Origin: Adineta vaga
Taxonomy: Eukaryota; Animalia; Rotifera
DNA: 64,000 bases
NCBI GenBank assembly: GCA_021613535.1
Contig: CP075494.1
Location: 2,232,001 to 2,296,000 of the forward strand
Direction: 5' to 3'
Positions 37,389 through 49,833 of the stretch are shown here, in pieces; the first letter of the stretch is position 1, and every line of letters starts with the position of its first letter. The notes beneath the pieces were generated by a model. It did no database searches and was not told the origin of the DNA. It saw nothing but the letters and a program-made list of their open reading frames with translations. Position numbers and translations under genes: made by a program.

Positions 37389-39806
37389 ATGACAACTGAG
37401 CAGACTTCACTAACTTCCCATGAAGCCAACAAATATAATCATGTCAATATTCACCCAATACAAGATATTCTTGTAGTCTGGTTAGACAGTTCCATTCACA
37501 ACAATAACCAGGACAATCAAAATACAATTACACAACTTTATCACGTTGTTCATGAGATTCATACATTCACTGATAATGATCAATGTATAGAATTTATTCT
37601 CAACACCATCGACACAAAAGTATGCATGATTGTTTCCGGATCAATTGGACAACATATTGTGCCTTGTATACATGATATCTCACAAATTGATTCTATTTTT
37701 ATCTTCACTGACAACAAAAATCGCCATGAACATTGGGCAAAACAGTGGTGTAAGGTAAAAGATATTTCTATAGACATCACAAATATCTGTCATCAATTAC
37801 AAAAAATAATTCGTCAACATGAATACAATGCCATGCCAATGAGTTTTGTGGCACCTGAAAAACGATTGAATCAATTAGAACCGTCATTTATGTACACACA
37901 AATCATCAAAGAAATACTATTAACCATCACCTTTGAAGATAAACACATCAAAGAATATGTTGATTACTATTGTGATACATTTGTTGACAATGATATCGAT
38001 CGAAAGAAAGTTAAAAAATTGGAAAGTGGGTATCATCAGCAGACACCCATTTGGTGGTATACAACAGAGAGATTTTTGTTTGGAATGTTGAATCGTGCCT
38101 TACGAGTGATGAATGGTGAAATAATTACATTAATGGGTTTTTTCATCAGTGATCTTCATCGACATATTGAAGAATTACACAAACAACAATTTCGAAACAC
38201 TTCTACCGCTGAAATCTTTACAGTTTATCGTGGTCAAGGCATGACAAAGAGAGATTTTGATGAAATGTTAAAATCAAAAGGTGGACTAATGTCATTCCAT
38301 AATTTCTTATCAACAAGTAGAATCCGCGATGCCTCGTTACTTTTTACTCCTACAAATGGACAGAATAGTGATGTGGTGAGTGTTCTTTTTGTAATGAGAA
38401 TTGATCCTAGTCAATCTACAACACCATATGCTTCGGTTCGACATATCAGTCAGTTTCCAGAGGAAGATGAAATTCTCTTTTCAATGCATACCATCTTTCG
38501 TATATATGATATGAGACTAATGGATGAAAATGAACCAGTGTATGAAGTGAATCTATCACTAACCAGTGATAATGATGAAAACTTATGTATGCTTACTGAA
38601 CGCATTCGAGAAGAGAGTTTTCCGAACTCCGGAGGATGGTATAGAATGAGTTTGGTATTATCTGCAGTGGGACAATGTGACACTGCTGAACGAATATGTA
38701 AATTTCTGCATGATGAGAGAACGAACGACGGTGACAACGTATCCATTTCTAACCGACTTGGTTCCATAAAATACCAGCAAGGAGAATACAAGGAAGCCAT
38801 AATATTTTATAAAAAATGCCTTGATTTTCAACTACAATCACTTCCTTCCAATCATCCACATGTGGCTTCATCCTACAACAACATCGGTTTGGTGTATCAC
38901 AACATGGGTGATTATCCCAAAGCACTATCATCACATGAACAATGCCTCAAAATTCGGCAACAATCACTTCCTTCCAATCATCCAGATGTGGCTTCATCCT
39001 ACAACAACATCGGTTTGGTGTATCACAACATGGGTGATTATCCCAAAGCACTATCATCATATGAACAATGCCTCAAAATTCAGCAACAATCACTTCCTTC
39101 CAATCATCCAGATGTGGCTTCATCCTACAACAACATCGGCAATGTGTATTCTGACATGGGTGATTATCCCAAAGCACTATCATCACATGAACAATGCCTC
39201 AAAATTCGACAACAATCACTTCCTTCCAATCATCCTCAGATGGCTTCATCCTATGGCAACATCGGTAATGTGTATTCTGACATGGGTGATTATCCCAAAG
39301 CACTATCATCATATGAACAATGTCTCAAAATTCAACTACAATCACTTCCTTCCAATCATCCAGACGTGGCTTCATCCTACAACAACATCGGTTTGGTGTA
39401 TCACAACATGGGTGATTATCCCAAAGCACTATCATCATATGAACAATGTCTCAAAATTCAACTACAATCACTTCCTTCCAATCATCCAGACGTGGCTTCA
39501 TCCTACAACAACATCGGTTTGGTGTATCACAACATGGGTGATTATCCTAAAGCACTATCTTCATATGAACAATGTCTCAAAATTCGACAACAATCACTTC
39601 CTTCCAATCATCCAGATGTGGCTTCATCATACAACAACATCGGTTTGGTGTATCACAACATGGGTGATTATTCGAATGCCTGTCTGTTTTGTAAATCTGC
39701 TCTTCAAATTGGAAGACAAGTATTACCAGTAGCCCATCCTCACCTCCAAATCTATGAAAGAAACTTTGACAGGCACAAAATATTTATAAATTTATCTCCT
39801 CTCTGA
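37389..39806 (+). CDS. REC-like / ADP-ribosyltransferase / TPR-array protein, copy 2 (805 aa)
   Basis: Same motifs as copy 1; seven TPR units; a 1-nt deletion near 39772 changes the last ~10 residues. Confidence 0.92.
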   Translation: MTTEQTSLTSHEANKYNHVNIHPIQDILVVWLDSSIHNNNQDNQNTITQLYHVVHEIHTFTDNDQCIEFILNTIDTKVCMIVSGSIGQHIVPCIHDISQIDSIFIFTDNKNRHEHWAKQWCKVKDISIDITNICHQLQKIIRQHEYNAMPMSFVAPEKRLNQLEPSFMYTQIIKEILLTITFEDKHIKEYVDYYCDTFVDNDIDRKKVKKLESGYHQQTPIWWYTTERFLFGMLNRALRVMNGEIITLMGFFISDLHRHIEELHKQQFRNTSTAEIFTVYRGQGMTKRDFDEMLKSKGGLMSFHNFLSTSRIRDASLLFTPTNGQNSDVVSVLFVMRIDPSQSTTPYASVRHISQFPEEDEILFSMHTIFRIYDMRLMDENEPVYEVNLSLTSDNDENLCMLTERIREESFPNSGGWYRMSLVLSAVGQCDTAERICKFLHDERTNDGDNVSISNRLGSIKYQQGEYKEAIIFYKKCLDFQLQSLPSNHPHVASSYNNIGLVYHNMGDYPKALSSHEQCLKIRQQSLPSNHPDVASSYNNIGLVYHNMGDYPKALSSYEQCLKIQQQSLPSNHPDVASSYNNIGNVYSDMGDYPKALSSHEQCLKIRQQSLPSNHPQMASSYGNIGNVYSDMGDYPKALSSYEQCLKIQLQSLPSNHPDVASSYNNIGLVYHNMGDYPKALSSYEQCLKIQLQSLPSNHPDVASSYNNIGLVYHNMGDYPKALSSYEQCLKIRQQSLPSNHPDVASSYNNIGLVYHNMGDYSNACLFCKSALQIGRQVLPVAHPHLQIYERNFDRHKIFINLSPL
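38838..39719 (+). repeat. coding tandem array, 7 x 126 bp
   Basis: Unit starts every 126 nt from 38838 to 39594. Confidence 0.97.
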
Positions 39807-41747
39807 TGTAGCACAGAAAAATGTTGAATACAAAATCTATCAGCATGTAGAGATAGAAATCTTGCTCTGGCAAATAAAACAGGAGAATATTCAGAGCCAG
39901 GAACTGTGAACAACAATTTTGTGTTTAGTACTGCATCTCCCAAGAAGAAAATCGCATGATGACGAAATTAATTTGTAAGCATGAGACTACACTTTAAGTG
40001 AATTAAAGAAAGGAAAGAATATGCAAATAGACACAAAAATTGAGTCAGATCTTATGCACCTTAAATAGTATATTATGTTGTCGCAGAACTTGCGAACAAA
40101 TTTTTATTATTTATCATCGAGTACTATAGAATAGATGATCAATTGGTTTGCAATCAAAATCAGATATTTCTGGTCCGGTTTTGTATTTGTATTGAATTCG
40201 GTATGCTTAATTAAAAAATAAAACCTAGAAGATGGATCGAGTTGAATGATGATATGAATGCCTGGTGGAAATGAAGAGAAGTATACATCTCCCTCATACA
40301 CCCACACCCCTCAAAATCCAATCTTATGGAATCGAATATCATCTAAAATGAACAACTCTCGCAAAGTTTATTTTTATAGGACCAATAGATATTGTCATTT
40401 TGGTTTCTTAGATCATTCTAAAAGAAATACAATTCAAAAACTCTTCATTCTCTGTTAGTATGAATCGTCTAGAAATCTTCTCATTTGAATCTATGCCTTT
40501 ATGCAGTAATTTTGATATGATATATACTATTATTTTCTAACGTTTTCGTAGCATTGTATCGTCAACTTTGAATATCTATCTATATTTTACTAACATTCAA
40601 TTTAACATTTGCTCTTTCACGTTGAAAGTGATTTTTCGTATCAAACAATTCATTGATTATCTGTCTTTGTTTTTACAATTTCTGTGTTAATCTTATGGGC
40701 CAACTAGATTTTATCAATCTGGTAGTCATATTTGTCAAATAGGATTGTCTTTCTATGAGCATATCTTTTATTATTCGAATTTTACATTTTACAAGACAAT
40801 ATTTGTTTTCATCATCTATAATGATCAATGACGATATAACATTGTGAACTTCGTTTTATTCGTCGTCATCTTCTTATGATTGTTGATATTATTTTCTTCG
40901 TGTACTCGATTACAGACTCATACTATCATCTAACCATAGTTTTAAATTGACGCTTTTGGACGAATTACTCAGCATTCATGAATTAATTGTCGAATAAACT
41001 TGTTTGTGAAGGGAACAAAGACAATTATCTTTGAAGTTTACTTGAATTTAAATCATTTATAAAATAATCAATTCAAATCTTAGAGAGTGACTACGAGTGT
41101 CATTTTCTTCATATTTATTTGCATTCATATCATTGAAAGATCTAATGAAACCTTATAATTTGACTGTTTTTCTTCCTCATAGATACATCATCGTTCGAAT
41201 CTGAATACATTCTAAATGATGCAGATAATTAGAATATTATTCGTTAGAAAGAATTATCCTTGTAAAATTCTATTTTCGATTAATATAAAAAGACCGTAAT
41301 GACTGAAGTTTCATATATATATTTATCTTTTTTTGTTTAGTTGATGAAAAGAAGTGACTCCTTATGATAATCACTTGTGAAATTTGTTTAAAACTGATTT
41401 TTGTTTTTCTGATTGCCACAAGTTGTTAAATAAAGGAGCTTAATTTAAAACAACTTTATAATATTCTGTGAGTGAGACTATAATATCATATTCGAATACG
41501 TTTCATAAAACTATCATAATTTCTTCGTAAATATAATGAAAGTATTATGATTTGTCTTTGTTATACCACAACGTCATCTTCCTCTATCTATATTGTTTTG
41601 TTTATCGTGTCTCCCTCTTGATTTCTAATTATGTACATATTCTTGAATGCATTGGATTATTTTTCCTTTTCTGATTGACGAATAATACTTATCAGATGAA
41701 TCATCCATAGTGTTAATAAGTACAGAAAAGCTTCCCAACAATCTAAA

Positions 41748-42740
41748 ATGTCTCAATCGAAATCAACTATTGAATATTTTCCAAATGAAGTATTACTAAA
41801 TATATTCGAATATCTTAATGGTCAACAATTATTTTCTTCATTTTTTAATTTAAATTCTCGTTTTAAATTACTTTGTATTTCTTATCGACATTATTCTATT
41901 GATACAAAGGATTTATCATTAAATAATAAAATATTTCAACAACTTATCCATTCAATTCCAGTGGAACATATTTCTTCATTGAAACTTTGCTCACGAAAAG
42001 GATTATCACGAATACCAATCGAATCATTTATTTGTTTACATTCATTGACATGTTTTAATATTGATAATTCTGATAATATAAGAAGATTTATTGGAAAAAT
42101 TCCTTTTCCTGATCATTTATATAACTTATCTTTAAATTTTAATTGGTATCATGCTAATATCAAAGATTTGATATCAACTATTTTAAAATTATTTCATTTA
42201 AATCGTCTTAAATTATATTTAGACTTTAAAACATTCGATTTAGATACAATTCATCAACCATTATTATCACTTGAATATTTATCTATGAATTGTTATTTAG
42301 GAAATGATTTTTTTAAATTAGTTCCATTTATACCGAATTTAATCAATTTAAATTTATCATTTGTATATTATGAAAATGAATTTTATTATATAAATATTCA
42401 ACCAAATAGTTTATCAAAATTAAAAAAACTTCAAATGACTAATGTTTGTGACTATTATTGTATTGAAGATATATTTCAATTATGTCCACAAATAAAAATA
42501 TTTCGAGTTAATTGTATTTCAAATAATTATAATGATTCAATGATCAATGCTAAAGATTGGGAAAATGTATTATTACCAATGAAATTTTTAAAACAAATAG
42601 AAATTAATGTTGATGGATTAGATTCTCGAATACTTATCGATTTATCACAATATCAAACAGATTTTTGGTTACAAAGGAAATTGAAAGTTATGACATATTA
42701 TGATCAAAATAAAAACTCAACAATATTTTTTATTAAATAG
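41748..42740 (+). CDS. F-box/LRR-like protein, copy 2 (intact, 330 aa)
   Basis: F-box-like N-terminus, LxxLxL repeats, INAKDWENVL and QTDFW motifs; uninterrupted ORF. Confidence 0.85.
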   Translation: MSQSKSTIEYFPNEVLLNIFEYLNGQQLFSSFFNLNSRFKLLCISYRHYSIDTKDLSLNNKIFQQLIHSIPVEHISSLKLCSRKGLSRIPIESFICLHSLTCFNIDNSDNIRRFIGKIPFPDHLYNLSLNFNWYHANIKDLISTILKLFHLNRLKLYLDFKTFDLDTIHQPLLSLEYLSMNCYLGNDFFKLVPFIPNLINLNLSFVYYENEFYYINIQPNSLSKLKKLQMTNVCDYYCIEDIFQLCPQIKIFRVNCISNNYNDSMINAKDWENVLLPMKFLKQIEINVDGLDSRILIDLSQYQTDFWLQRKLKVMTYYDQNKNSTIFFIK

Positions 42741-42886
42741 AATTTTTCTATCGATTTATTTCATTTGTTATTCTCGCATCGATGTGAATAAGTGTATTTG
42801 GTTTTTCTTTTGCTTTGAAGAATAAAACGATAGAACGTATTGAAATCGAAATATTTATCAATTTCTTTTTCAATTTAGAGTACAAT

Positions 42887-43044
42887 CAAGGGGGAGCGAG
42901 ACTTCCGCACTTCGAAGTATCGGGAAGTGCGGAACACGGGGGAAAATGCAAGACAGATGCCAGCACTTTTCCCCTTGGTATGGGAGTATCAGTCAAGTAC
43001 GAAGAAGTATGATGAAATTACAGAAGTCTCACTTTTTTCCCTAG
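42887..43044. mobile_element. small hairpin-rich MITE-like element
   Basis: Imperfect TIRs caagggggagcgagacttc / gaagtctcacttttttccctag; internal perfect 11-bp IR ttccgcacttc/gaagtgcggaa and a second stem ggggaaaatgc/gcacttttcccc; no clear TSD. Confidence 0.55.
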
Positions 43045-43321
43045 GTAATTACAAAACTTTAGAAGAAATATTCTTTAAATTAGTACCGCAGTGTTTGGAG
43101 AAATCATATATTTTGATAAAACTAATGGTGATACACACGATTGTCAAATTTCCTCTAACAATCAAATGAAAAAACGTTTAATAACTGTTGTACGTCATTT
43201 TACTTCATAAATTAAAAATAAAGAAAACAGTATATATCCGGCATGAGTTCTTTTTAATAAAAAAAATATCTTACGTATTGTCACATGCATTATATGACAC
43301 AGATATATTTGATCGATATGA

Positions 43322-43385
43322 TGAGGGTGTGGGTGTGGGTGACGTTGGATATTATCTTAACACTCACACACACACACACCATCTC
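43322..43385. repeat. telomere-like inverted hairpin element
   Basis: tgagggtgtgggtgtgggtg...cactcacacacacacacaccatctc. Confidence 0.7.
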
Positions 43386-43423
43386 GAAGAGTAGGGATAT
43401 AAATTTATTGATTCATTTAAATT

Positions 43424-46400
43424 ATGGTATTCATAATCAAAAATCTATTCTGTTTAATCTTCTTACATTCAATTCTTGGCTCACCTCATGTTAATCTTGA
43501 TCTTACCGATTGGATAAATAAAACTGAAACATATGTTGAACTTCAACATACTTGTTTACATGTTTTATCTGTAACTGAAAAAGAATTGAATTTGCGTCAA
43601 ATTATATCTTATTCTTTGACAGAATGGCCATTGGAATGGAATGTAACAGAAAATAACTTTGATCCAAAATTGACCTTTGCTGATCTTTACAATCAACATG
43701 TTACTAGTGAACAATTATATCAATGGTCAGCATCAATCGATCTTATTGAACTTTATCAATTTTATGTTGATCAACGTTCTATTTCAAATGAATTTCAATC
43801 AAATGATATGGATTTATTTTATAATTGTACATTACCAAGATTTGGCCCACAATCTTAATATTCATTAGATTTTTACGATCCTCAAAGTGTATCGTTAACT
43901 AAAAATGTTCATCAGTTTTATGAACAATATTATAAACCTACAAGTTTTGCATCTCTATGTCTTGATTGGACTGATGTATGTGATGGATATGTCGATTGTA
44001 TAAATAATCAAATTGATGAAGAATATTGTTGGCAACTTAAAATAAGCGAATGTAATGAGAATGAATATCGATGTGATAATGGTCAATGTATTTCTAAAGA
44101 ATTTAATGGTGATCAACGTTATACTTTCGATTGTCTTGATCGATCAGATCCATTTTTGTATCGTGATTATCTTTATTTTTCTACGTCTACTATAGAACCA
44201 TCAATTCATGAAGAAGATATACAATGTTTGAGATCATTTTCTCACTCTACAATACAATTTACTAGTTCATGTTTTGATGAACGTAAAAAGTTATTAGAAA
44301 AAATCATCTTTTTAGAAACACCAAGTTTGATGTCGGATGATTGTTGGTCAATATTTAGGTGTAGTTCTGATATATTTCCTAATTCTTATTTATTATGTGG
44401 AGACATTTATGTTGACGATTCATCACTTCAAATCATTAATGAAACATATCCAGACCTCATTATATATGTTATAATGATCGATTTTGTAATGGATTTTCTT
44501 CGAATAAAACCATACTAAAATTTAATGATACTACATATCGTCGTCCGGAAGATTTTCAAATAATTATTGATGAATTTAATTCCGATTATGCTTATGTTTT
44601 AAATGTATACAAACAATTATATCATTGTAATCCGATGATTGCTTTTAGTGAGTCAACAATTTGTAATAAATCGATAATGTATCAATGTCTTAATTCATCG
44701 AAATGTATTCTGAATACTTAACTTTGTGATGGTGCAAATGATTGTGTTTATAAAGATGATGAACAATGTCCATTAATAAATGGAACATGTGCCATATTAG
44801 ATTCGGATATATTGTTTAAATGTAAATCAACAAATCAATGTATTTCCAGAAAATTACTTGACAATGGTGCTTTTGTGATTGTATATCTACATATGATGAT
44901 GAGACATGTGAAGATGAAAACGAATATGGACAATCTTCAAAAAGAATTATCATTTCCAAAGATTTGTAATGGTATTATAGATATGAATAATATATTAATT
45001 GATAATCAAAATGAAACAGATGAAACAGAATGTGACCATTGGCAATGGGATAATATTTATGTGTTTACCATTTGAAAAAGTAAATGATGGTCAAATTGAT
45101 TGTCTTGGTGCTACAGATGAACCAAAACTTTGTCAACAAGATAATGAACCATTGACTACAGAATATTTCTATTGTAAGAATGATTCAAATCGAAACTGTT
45201 TATTATATGAATGGTGTTCAGAAGATTATCAATGCTTACACCGAGATGAAGAACCATTATGTAATCAAACTCGAAATATTACCAAATCTGATAATATTTG
45301 CTATCCAAAATATGATAACAAACGCTCTAGTATTGATGAGTTTTTTTTGTAAACGTTTTCATTATTTTGGTGGAACACGTGAATTTTTTTATTTACCCGA
45401 TGAAATGAAATTTCCACAAGAAAATAATAGAATCATTAAACAGGAAACTAAAATGGTTGATAATGAAATGAAATATGATCAACAACGTTGTCATCGTGGA
45501 CTTCCTTTACGCGTTTGGTTAGATAATAAAAAAACTTATTTAATGAAACATGTCTTTGTCCACCAAGTTATTATGGTAATGAATGTCAATATCAAAATCA
45601 ACGTATTCGTTTAACTGTACAATTTCGAACATATTCAAATTCTCGACGTACATTATTTACTATTTTAATTTCTTTAATTGATATTAATGATGAACAAAGA
45701 ATAGTTTATTCATATCAACAAAATACATATCTTTATTTATATCATTGTTCGATTAAATATAATATAAATTTACTTTATCCAACTCGACCAAAACATCCTG
45801 AAAAAATTATTCAATACAAATTGATTTATATGAAAAAATTTCGCTTATATATCGAGGAAGTTTTTTAAAATCAATTGATTTTCCATTTCTACCTGTCAAT
45901 CGTATTGCTATTCTACTTAATATTCCAAGTAAAACTCAATTATTCGATAGTTGTACAATTGAATCATGTCAAAATGGTCGATGTATGAAATATATTGATG
46001 ATCCATTCGATCGAACATTTTGTCAATGTTATTCAGGTTGGTATGGAAAATCATGTAGATATTTTCATCAATGTCAATGTTCATTTGATTCAATATGTGT
46101 GGGTATTTCAGCAACGAATCAATCTATATGTATTTGTCCAATAAATCGATGTGGTAGTCGATGTTTACTTCGAAATGATATATGTCAACCTATAATAAAT
46201 GTTTATATACGAAGGTCAATGTATACCAGATGATCAACAATTAATTCGTAGTGAGAAATTTTTATTTGTATTTGTCCATGGAATAAGATGTGAAAATATT
46301 ATGAAAAATATTATTTTACCACAATCAATGATTGTACATTTTATTTATATCAGTTCAAAAAATGAAGATTTTATAACAAATGGTTCGATTGTTGAAACAA

Positions 46401-47866
46401 TATCTATTCATAAAAAAACAATGATTATCTATTGGTCATATGAATTTCATATTGCATTTGTTCAATTGTACAATAATTATTATTTAATTCTTGTTGATTC
46501 AAAATATAATAAATCAACAACAATTAGTCGAACAATTCATTCATCCGATCGTTGTAAACATTTAAATGAATTATTGGATATGAACATTGTTAATTTACAT
46601 CTACTTCGTCGAATAAAATATTATCAAAAACCATGTCAAGATTATGCACCTGAATTAAAATGTTTTTATGATCAAGATTATTTTTGTCTATGTTATAATT
46701 TTACCTATCAACGACGTTTAGCAAATTGTTTTCAATTCAATAGTTCTCTCCAACATAATTGTTATGGATTAAGTGTTTGTGAAAATGATGCACAATGTAT
46801 TCAAGATACATCCAAATGTCCGAAAGTTTCAATGTGTGTTTATCCAAAATGTTATCATGGAACTCGATGTCAATTTAATTCACATTTATTTGGTTTATCA
46901 CTTGATGCTATACTTGGTTATCATATTCAACCACATGTTGATTTAATAAATCAATCATTTATTGTAAAAATAAGTTTAATTGAAATAACGAATGGTATTC
47001 TTTCATTAATTACATTTAAAAATAAAGAATCAAGAAAAAATGGATGTGGTCTATATCTGTTAGGTTCATCAATCACAACATTATTTGTAATGATTATATT
47101 TATATTGAAGTATTTGATTTTATTAATATCACAAATGATTTATATATCGAACTATTTCTTTTTGAATACTCAATGTTATACCATTGATTTTTTGATTCGA
47201 ATTGGTCTAAATATGGATCAATATTTAAATGCATGTGTTGCTTTAGAAAGAGCTTATACAATAATTAAAGGTGTTAAGTTTAATCAAAAGAAAAGTAAAC
47301 GAATATCAAAATATATTATAATAAGTCTTTTGATTTGGACAATATTAACAACAATTCATGATCCAATTCATCGACGATTAATTGATGATAATAATACAGA
47401 TGATAGTGATGAAATAGAAAAACGAATTTGGTGTATTGTTCGATATTCATCAAAGATTCAAACATATAATTATTTTATAAATTTAATTCATTTTCTCGTT
47501 CCATTTATTATTAATATTCTATCTACTTTAATTATTATTTATATGACAACACGACAACGACAAAATATAAAACATGATGAAAATTATCGAAAATTATTAT
47601 GGGAACAAATTTTGATACATAAACACATTCTTAATGCACCAATTCTTCTAATTATTTTAGCTATTCCACGTTTAATTTTATCATTTATATCCGATTGTAT
47701 GAATTCAACAAGTGATGTATGGTTACCATTGATGGGTTATTTTATTTCATTTATTCCACCAATGGTTACTTTCGTTACTTTTATTCTACCATCAAGAGTT
47801 TATAGAAAAGAATTGAATAAATCTGTTAAACATTTTCGAACTACAATAGCAACACGTTTACATTAA
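43424..47866 (+). pseudogene. LDL-receptor class A / EGF-ectodomain rhodopsin-type GPCR, multiply disrupted
   Basis: Signal peptide, CLDWTDVCDGYVDC and CNENEYRCDNGQCI LDLa motifs, EGF-like CQCYSGWYG, C-terminal TM region with ACVALER; many stops and frameshifts in 43858-46230. Confidence 0.85.
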
Positions 47867-47907
47867 CAAGGACATTACTTAGAAAATACTTTTCTTTCCA
47901 ATGTTTT

Positions 47908-49085
47908 CTATTGTATTGCCTTTATTCTTCTATATCTACAGCGATCATTAAACAAAGACAAAACTATAAATGTTCGTGTGTTCGAGTTGAAGTTAACTGT
48001 TTTGATGTAGAATTATCGAAAAGATTATCATCAGTATTCGACACCGATGCAATGCGATTATTCCAATGCGATCGGTAACAACTTCTATGAATTGCTTCTC
48101 GAAAATATCGCCATAACTGTTTTCTCCAAATATACTTCACTTGTCTTCGAAATCTTGTCGATGCTAAGAGATAGACGTAGAATGTTCCCTAAAGAATGCA
48201 AATTTCTGATTAGTGTAACATTTCAGCAAAGACATCAACATACTGAAATATGGCAATAACTTATGGAAATATTGACAGATCCAACTAGTTGTTCAATTGC
48301 TGTTCGAAAAACATCTTTAGGATCTGGTTGTATATTCGCACTATAAAATCGTTGAATAATAAATGGTATCAAACAGACGATGAAAAATATAATACGAACA
48401 AGAATCATGGCTGTCATCTGACGATCGAGTCGTCGACGTATATTGGTCATTTGTAGTCGATGAATTCGACGAACATTTCGATAAGCTAAGATACTACATA
48501 ATGTCGTAAAGAAAACAGGTAGAATACCATTAAGAGCCAATAGATGAAAAAATGAATAGTACCGGGAGAATGTAACATTAGTCAACAAACATCCAGTAGG
48601 TAATTGTACATTGTGAAATATAACGAATGGAATACAGTAGAGAAGCCAGACAACTGATATGATACTGATGAGATATTTAGCTAATTTGATCGTACTCATC
48701 TGCCGTAAACGAACATCACAATTAGTGGAAAGATATTGATCGAAAGCTGCTGAACAGACCATAGATAATCCCGTTAATGTGCAGTAAATAGTTGCTGGAT
48801 TTCTTATTTTACACCATATGAGAGATGTACGAGCTGGATCAGAACTAAATATTTCCGCGATCGCTCGTGGAGCTAAGCCAACAAATAGTAGAGCATTATC
48901 AGCATCGATTCAGCGATGATATAGATGGCTGCTGGACATTGTCGAAATTGCTTGTGACTAATAAATACCAGAATATTACATATATTTCCAATCAATCCCA
49001 TAAAGAAAATAATAATAAATGCACTTTGAGCATATAAATGAGCAATTGAGGAAATATTTTGTGCTGATATTGCTGATGATGACAT
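47908..49085 (-). pseudogene. rhodopsin-family GPCR with 1-nt frameshift
   Basis: GLIGNICNILVF, WCKIR, AAFDQYLST, intron 48189-48243, GTFYVYLLASTRFRRQV; frameshift near 48905. Confidence 0.8.
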
Positions 49086-49147
49086 TCTATCTAATAGTAA
49101 AATAAATGGAAACAAAACAAATGAGAAGAAAATGCATGCATAAGTAT

Positions 49148-49310
49148 CAGACATGGGCAAGTCAAGTGACTTGACTTGGCTTAGAATATTTCTGAAGAGA
49201 AAATAACTTGACTTGGCCCGATTTGATTAAAGTCAAAAAATGACTTGACTTAAAGATTTTTATATGTGACTTGACTTTGGATCAAAAAGCTGATGACTTG
49301 CCCATGTTTG
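49148..49310. mobile_element. hAT-type MITE (163 bp)
   Basis: 17-bp TIR cagacatgggcaagtca / tgacttgcccatgtttg (1 mismatch), 8-bp TSD ataagtat (49140-49147 and 49311-49318), internal acttgactt repeats. Confidence 0.9.
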
Positions 49311-49770
49311 ATAAGTATGACGTAAATGAAAAGAATAAAACTTAATAAGATGTTGTCAACGAACATTAATGTCATTCTTTTTATGAAAAATAATGCATTG
49401 AAGACAGTGCTCTCCTTTAATAATAATCGCATGTTATATTGACGATACAAGATGGCTTAGAAAAAAGAAGAAGAAACAGAATATAGTCCTTTTTCATTTA
49501 CGTTCAATGTAAAATAATATTATTATTAAGAATAAAGTTTGCACCTGTAGGAATTTCCTTTCAACTATCAAAATCACTTTGTCTTCTCATGATGAAATTG
49601 ATGATATTATGTCATTCCATAACATCTCCGAGTTTTGACTGAGCATTATATCTTTCGTGAAAATGAATGGATGATAAATGTACATATCTACTATTTCTTT
49701 GCACGAAAAGATTATTCATGGAAGTGTTATTGGATGATTGCCAGGCACGCCACAGTCAATAGATACTCAA

Positions 49771-49804
49771 GAGAAGAAGAGATACACCCACACCCACACC
49801 CTCA
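49771..49804. repeat. telomere-like element (half)
   Basis: Reverse complement reads tgagggtgtgggtgtgggtg-tatctcttcttctc. Confidence 0.7.
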
Positions 49805-49833
49805 ACAAAGTTTTTGTCTCGTCCGTTATTTAT

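Larger units (their letters stand above)
34150..42905 (+). repeat. segmental duplication, copy 2
   Basis: Collinear with 14817-24725; identity ends after caagggggagcgagacttc in both copies. Confidence 0.95.

Noticed and set aside
42815-43494. Short ORFs overlapping the MITE and hairpin
   Set aside because: By-products of GC-richer repeat sequence; no domain similarity.
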